Shown: in pieces, positions 8,475 through 12,378 of the stretch
Position numbering within the stretch: position 1 is the stretch's first letter
Layout of the letters: each line of letters starts with the position of its first letter
NCBI GenBank assembly: GCA_034722055.1
Contig: JAYENL010000079.1
Coordinates: forward strand, 1-12,378
Origin: Armatimonadota bacterium
Lineage (GTDB): Bacteria; Armatimonadota; Zipacnadia; Zipacnadales; UBA5352
Length of the DNA stretch: 12,378 nt
Direction: 5' to 3'
The notes under the pieces: model-generated
Database searches by the model: none
The model's input: only the letters and a program-made list of their open reading frames with translations
What the model was told of the DNA's origin: nothing
Made by a program: the position numbers and the translations under genes

Positions 8475-9515
8475 CTACTCTCTGCGCGTCTCGCCACCCA
8501 TGCCAACACCGGCGACGGACGCGCCACAATCCGGACACGTGTCGTTGGATGCTATGCGATTCTCGATGACAGACATGCCTGCGCGGCGGATGAGCACGCC
8601 GCCGCAGGAATGGCAGATGGTGTCGGTCTCCTCCAGCACGTTGCCGACGTACACGTAGCGCAGCCCACTCTCCACACCGATATCTCTTGCCTCCCGCAGC
8701 TTCTCCACCGGGGTTGGCGGCACGTCAGTCATCTCATAGTCGGGAAAGAAGCGACTGACGTGCCAGGGGGTGTCCACGCCAAGCTCCTGTGCGATGAACG
8801 CCACCGCGTCGGTCAGTTCCGCTGTGTCATCGTTGATCCCGGGGATAACCAGCGTCGTGACCTCCAGCCAGATCCCGAGCGACTTCATTCGCTTCATTGT
8901 ATCCAGGACGGGCTGAAGCTGGGCGCCGACGTATTCCCGATAGGTGCTGTCACGGAAGGCCTTCAGGTCCACGTTCGCTGCACTGAGGTAAGGCTGGAAA
9001 GTCTCCAGCATCTCCTCCGTCATGTAGCCGTTCGTCACGTAGATGTTCTCGAGACCCGCGGCTTGACCACGTCTGGCCGTATCGTAGCTGTACTCGAAGA
9101 AGATGGTCGGCTCCGTGTAGGTATACGCAACAGACCGGCAGCCGGCATCAACCGCAGCCTTCACGACATCCTCAGGACTTGCCTCGGTGCCGGAGAGGAT
9201 GTCACGATCGCGGGGCATCTGCGAGATCTGCCAGTTCTGGCACCAGGGGCACCTGAAGTTGCATCCCGGGGTCGCGATAGAGTAGGCGGTGGATCCGGGA
9301 TAGAAATGAAACAGGGGTTTCTTCTCGATGGGGTCAATGTGCTGAAGGACCGTGCGCCCGTACACCAGCGTGTAGAGAGTACCTCCCCGGTTCTCGCGAA
9401 CGTTGCAGATTCCTTTTCGGCCCTCCGCAATCGTGCAGCGGTGCGCACACAGATTGCAGCGCACGCGCCCATCCGAGAGCCGCTCGTAGAGCATTGCCTC
9501 TTTCACACTTGCCAC
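8475..9515 (-). CDS. amrS: AmmeMemoRadiSam system radical SAM enzyme
   Basis: N-terminal CNLCAHRC...GICNVREN, diagnostic DPIEKKPLFHFYPG, CNFRCPWCQNWQISQ (CxxxCxxC), AYTYTEPT, NVDLKAF, LEVTTLVIPG.ND, WHVSRFFP.Y, GLRYVYVGNV, and C-terminal CHSCG/CPDCG. The start may instead be GTG 9506 (MKEAMLY). Confidence 0.93.
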   Translation of the reverse strand: MASVKEAMLYERLSDGRVRCNLCAHRCTIAEGRKGICNVRENRGGTLYTLVYGRTVLQHIDPIEKKPLFHFYPGSTAYSIATPGCNFRCPWCQNWQISQMPRDRDILSGTEASPEDVVKAAVDAGCRSVAYTYTEPTIFFEYSYDTARRGQAAGLENIYVTNGYMTEEMLETFQPYLSAANVDLKAFRDSTYREYVGAQLQPVLDTMKRMKSLGIWLEVTTLVIPGINDDTAELTDAVAFIAQELGVDTPWHVSRFFPDYEMTDVPPTPVEKLREARDIGVESGLRYVYVGNVLEETDTICHSCGGVLIRRAGMSVIENRIASNDTCPDCGASVAGVGMGGETRRE

Positions 9516-9601
9516 CCAGTAATCCCGTATCGGCCTTTGTTCTCGATAGCGGTCAGTCCCGTATCCTCAACGGGTTCGTCCTGCGAAAGGTAATTCCTGG
9601 T

Positions 9602-9886
9602 TCAGTCGCAGCACTTCGCGGCCAGGCGGATCACCTGCGTCAGGCACTCGTCAGTGAGCCTGTAGCAGACTCGCTTGCCCTTCCGCTCCGGCGTGACCAG
9701 CCCGCGCTCGCGAAGCTCAGCAAGGTGCTGGGAGATGTTCGGCTGGCTCCGATCCAGTATCTCTCCCAGATCCCGCACACAGAGCTTCCCCTCCAACACG
9801 TTTGCGACCAGACTCAGCCTAAGTGGGTGCGCGAGTGCGCCGAAGAGCCCGGCCAGCTTCTCGTAATCCTCCGCAAGCTCACGCAT
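9602..9886 (-). CDS. ArsR/SmtB-family transcriptional regulator, 94 aa, Cys-rich with C-terminal CC
   Basis: F.ALAHPLRL, LCVRDL, SQPNISQHLAELRERGLV..ERKGKRVCYRL. ATG 9886 has a strong RBS (GGAGGAG, complement of 9894-9900). Cys at 36, 74, 81, 92 and 93. Confidence 0.93.
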   Translation of the reverse strand: MRELAEDYEKLAGLFGALAHPLRLSLVANVLEGKLCVRDLGEILDRSQPNISQHLAELRERGLVTPERKGKRVCYRLTDECLTQVIRLAAKCCD

Positions 9887-9930
9887 AGAACCACTCCTCC
9901 TGTCCGCCACGGGACTGCTCCCGCCGCCCC

Positions 9931-9958
9931 TTGACATTGCCGCACCAGGTGCTATATT
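9931..9958 (+). promoter_or_regulatory. Sigma70-type promoter firing rightward, toward the isomerase-like gene
   Basis: TTGACA (9931-9936), 16-nt spacer ending TGC (extended -10), TATATT (9953-9958). Confidence 0.7.
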
Positions 9959-9960
9959 CA

Positions 9961-9970
9961 TATGCGCATA
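9961..9970. promoter_or_regulatory. Palindrome TATGCGCATA, candidate ArsR operator core
   Basis: Perfect 10-bp palindrome in an AT-rich patch between the two promoters and upstream of the ArsR gene. ArsR/SmtB proteins usually autoregulate at inverted repeats near their promoter. Confidence 0.55.
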
Positions 9971-9990
9971 CCTGCAATCGAATCGACAGT

Positions 9991-10019
9991 ATACTATTGC
10001 GCGACGTTGGGAGTGTCAA
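9991..10019 (-). promoter_or_regulatory. Sigma70-type promoter firing leftward (arsR-amrS-radical SAM operon)
   Basis: Minus strand TTGACA (10019-10014), 17-nt spacer, TAGTAT (9996-9991). Confidence 0.7.
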
Positions 10020-10224
10020 GTGCCGGGTCGTGTCGATCGATACCTGCCTTATCGTCCGCCTTTCGAGCGCCAAGCAGGCGTCGCGCGGTGAGATCGCGGC
10101 GGAGTTTTGACGGGACAGGACTACTGGGAGGAGGTCGGCGACCAGCAGAGCATCGAGATGGTCCGGACGGCACGCGACGAGAGCAATGAGAAGGCATCCA
10201 GCGCCGGATGATGAGGTGAAGACA

Positions 10225-11508
10225 ATGGCGACGACCATTCGCACTGTCTACCTGTCAAAGGACATCGGGAAGCCAGGCTGGCCGAACAAGGACTTCGACC
10301 CCAACGAGAGAGCGAACCAGTTGGAACGCAGGCTGGGCTCGCTGCAGGACCGACTGGACTTCGAAGTGAGTTCCACCGGAGCGCATATCGTGACTGATGC
10401 CACTGACGTCGCTCACCTCAAGGAAACCATCAGCGAGGATGACGACGGCCTGCTGCTGTTCATATTGGCCTCGGGGGCCCAGCCACACCTCAATGAGATC
10501 GTTGACATCGGCCTTCCCACAGTCAGCTTCATTGACCTGTTCGGCTACTTCGTGCTGTCGGTTCCCGACAATGTGATCGGCATTTCGTCGTCGGATTTCA
10601 CCGAAATCGCCTCTGCGCTGAAGGCCGTAGACACCGTGCGGAGGCTCAGCGCGTCGAAGATCGTCTGTGTGAGCGACCGTAAGGACGTTTCGAGCTACCG
10701 GAAGCAGGCTCGAGATCAGTTCGGAGTTGAGATTGAGCAGGTCGGACATGAACCCCTGCTATCCGCCTACGAGCAGGCGGACGAGAGGCAGGCCGAGGAG
10801 ATAGCTGCTGAGTACATTACCAACGCCGAGAAGGTCGTGGAGCCGACCAGGCAGGATGTGGTGGACGCCGCAAAGATTTACCTGGGGATCCGCGAGTTGA
10901 TGGTCGATGCCGAGGCGAACGTGATCACCGTGGACTGCCTCCCGCTCACCTATGCGGGCACCCTCCCGGCCTTCCCATGCCTGGCCTTCTCCCGGCTCAA
11001 TGATGAGGGGCTGGTCGGTGTCTGTGAGGCGGACCTGGCCGCGACCCTGACCCAGATGCTGGTCGGCTATCTGGCCGACCGTCCGGGCTTCGTCTCCGAT
11101 CCGGTGATAGATACCTCAACCAATACGATCATTCACAGTCACTGCGTCGCCGCCACGAAGATGGGTGGTATGGACAGCTACCCCGAGCCCTACATCCTCA
11201 GAAGCCACGCAGAAGACGATGAGAGCGTCTCGCTGCAGGTGAAGATGCGGGCCGGCGAGCAGGTGACACATGCCAAGCTGGCCGACTTCGACACCATGGT
11301 GGTGGCGCGGGGCAAGACGGCCGGCAATGTTGACATCGACAAGGGCTGCAGGACCAAGGTGCGCATGGTAGTTGATGATGCCAGGAAGCTTTACGACAAG
11401 TACCGCGGGGGGCTGCACCGGGTGATGTTCTACGGTGACCTCGTGCGACAGGTCGAGGACCTGGGCACGCTTCTCGGCTTCGACGTGGTCGACGAGTGTC
11501 AGGGGTAA
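10225..11508 (+). CDS. L-fucose/L-arabinose isomerase-like protein (~427 aa)
   Basis: Start re-placed at ATG 10225 (GAGGTG at 10213-10218). Motifs PCLAFSRLNDEG..GVCEADL, GFVSDP, HSHC, GCRTK and GLHRVMFYGD match the FucI/AraA-like fold, with candidate metal ligands E, D and H. Substrate unknown. Confidence 0.75.
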   Translation: MATTIRTVYLSKDIGKPGWPNKDFDPNERANQLERRLGSLQDRLDFEVSSTGAHIVTDATDVAHLKETISEDDDGLLLFILASGAQPHLNEIVDIGLPTVSFIDLFGYFVLSVPDNVIGISSSDFTEIASALKAVDTVRRLSASKIVCVSDRKDVSSYRKQARDQFGVEIEQVGHEPLLSAYEQADERQAEEIAAEYITNAEKVVEPTRQDVVDAAKIYLGIRELMVDAEANVITVDCLPLTYAGTLPAFPCLAFSRLNDEGLVGVCEADLAATLTQMLVGYLADRPGFVSDPVIDTSTNTIIHSHCVAATKMGGMDSYPEPYILRSHAEDDESVSLQVKMRAGEQVTHAKLADFDTMVVARGKTAGNVDIDKGCRTKVRMVVDDARKLYDKYRGGLHRVMFYGDLVRQVEDLGTLLGFDVVDECQG

Positions 11509-11591
11509 CGCACCAAGAGCAGGGCCGCAACACTAATCGAAGAGAGAGACAGTAGCGCCCCGGACCAGGGCAGAGAGCAGCGGGAGGTGGG

Positions 11592-11617
11592 TGACCGCCC
11601 CCCATTCTTCGGACCAG
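11592..11617. repeat. IS3 right terminal inverted repeat
   Basis: TGACCGCCCCCCATTCTTCGGACCAG: begins 5'-TG like IS3-family ends and abuts the transposase stop codon. The partner IR is outside the window. Confidence 0.75.
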
Positions 11618-11646
11618 TTACAGTGAGAGGGTTGCGGCCTCCCTGG

Positions 11647-11695
11647 CGCTGTGGGGGCGGAGGGAGGGCGTAGCCCGACCGGAGCCCCCACAGCG
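11647..11695. repeat. GC-rich stem-loop near the IS3 3' end
   Basis: CGCTGTGGGGGC (11647-11658) / GCCCCCACAGCG (11684-11695), 12 bp perfect, with inner GGGC-GTA-GCCC (11666-11676). Confidence 0.75.
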
Positions 11696-11901
11696 TGCCG
11701 CCTCCACCTCCCCCTCCCGCCACTGCTGTGCAAACTCCACCGGTGTGAGATATCTCAGGGAGCTGTGCGGGCGCTCAGTGTTATACTCCTCCCGCCACGC
11801 CTCGATCACCACCCGCGCCTCCTCCAGGTCCGCGAACAGCTCGCAGTTGAGGCACTCGTCCTTGAGCTTACCGGTGAAGCTCTCGATATACGGATTCTCC
11901 C

Positions 11902-11921
11902 GGCGGATCATCCCATCCGCA
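11902..11921. repeat. Short palindromic insert GGCGGA-TCATCCCA-TCCGCA
   Basis: Sits between the codons for PGS and ENPYIE. There are 23 nt where 6 (Pro-Trp) are expected. Confidence 0.85.
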
Positions 11922-12011
11922 GGCTGCCCGGCGTAATGTAGATCGTCTCGCACCCCTCCTGCTCCAGCCACTCGCGCACCGCCCTCGCGATGAACTCCGA
12001 CCCGTTGTCGA

Positions 12012-12031
12012 GGCGGACGCCAGCGTCCGCA
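12012..12031. repeat. Short palindromic insert GGCGGA-CGCCAGCG-TCCGCA
   Basis: Adds ADAGVR between HIR and LDNGSEF. Removing 12013-12030 restores HIRLDNGSEF. Confidence 0.85.
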
Positions 12032-12378
12032 CGAATATGCTCGGGCCTGCCACGCGTCAGCGACAGCCACGTAAGCAGATGTACCACCGCCTCGCCGCTG
12101 ATGCTGCGCGCCACCTCAATCGCCAGGCACTCCCGCGTGAACTCGTCCACCACGCTCAGCACACGCAACTGTCCGCCGCGCTCGGTACGGTCCTCGCAGA
12201 TGTCATAGGTCCACACGTGATCGGGATGCGTTGCTCGTTGCTCTACCTCGCCCTTAGGGCCATATGCGCGCTTTGTGCGCCGCCTGCGCCGCAGGTCCAG
12301 GCCCTCCTCTTTCCAGATGCGGTGCACCCGCTTGTGGTTGACCGGCCAACCCTCCCGTCGCAGCAGCGCCCAGATGCG

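Larger units (their letters stand above)
11592..12378 (-). mobile_element. IS3-family insertion sequence (right end; runs off the window)
   Basis: IS3 OrfB coding sequence ends at TAA 11620-11618, directly followed by a terminal IR ending in CA-3' on the minus strand. Confidence 0.92.
11618..12378 (-). pseudogene. IS3-family transposase OrfB (HTH + DDE integrase core), disrupted
   Basis: RIWALLRREGWPVNHKRVHRIW, VWTYD (D1), VVDEFTRECL, DNGSEF (D2); then in another frame ENPYIESF.GKLKDECLN (E) and YNTERPHSSL.YLTP. An in-frame 18-nt insert precedes DNG, and a frameshifting, stop-containing insert replaces the PW of PGSPWEN. Confidence 0.92.

Noticed and set aside
9523..9565. 9-bp direct repeat TCCCGTATC (9523-9531, 9557-9565) between arsR and amrS
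   Set aside because: Only two short copies with no supporting context; not an array, and may be chance.
7398..9593. + strand ORFs 7398..8060 and 8451..9593
   Set aside because: Antisense to the two radical SAM genes, which carry clear family motifs.
11898..11925. IS3 frame change as programmed -1 frameshifting
   Set aside because: The programmed IS3 shift lies at the orfA/orfB junction, outside this window. This shift is inside the DDE core, has no slippery run, and is explained by the insert.
1..12378. CRISPR array, tRNA, rRNA or known riboswitch
   Set aside because: No regularly spaced repeats or recognisable conserved RNA motifs seen by eye.

Overview
High-GC bacterial window with four parts. 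(1) 275-6930 (+): secreted carbohydrate-active-type genes (a LamG/ConA-like protein, a 1147-aa CBM9-like plus putative glycoside hydrolase, and a right-handed beta-helix protein). A decayed, internally deleted IS110-family transposase on the minus strand sits among them, and its structured 5' non-coding end may hold a bridge RNA. (2) 6931-7469: a long convergent intergenic region with two inverted-repeat-bounded structures. (3) 7470-11508: a minus-strand operon of ArsR regulator, AmrS radical SAM enzyme and COG0731-type radical SAM enzyme, divergent from an L-fucose/L-arabinose-isomerase-like gene. Two face-to-face sigma70 promoters flank a palindrome between them. (4) 11592-end: an IS3-family element whose transposase is disrupted. 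The most striking signal is two short palindromic inserts of identical architecture, GGCGGA-N8-TCCGCA, each in a conserved catalytic-core motif of that IS3 transposase. All family calls come from motif recognition by eye; no searches or folding programs were run.
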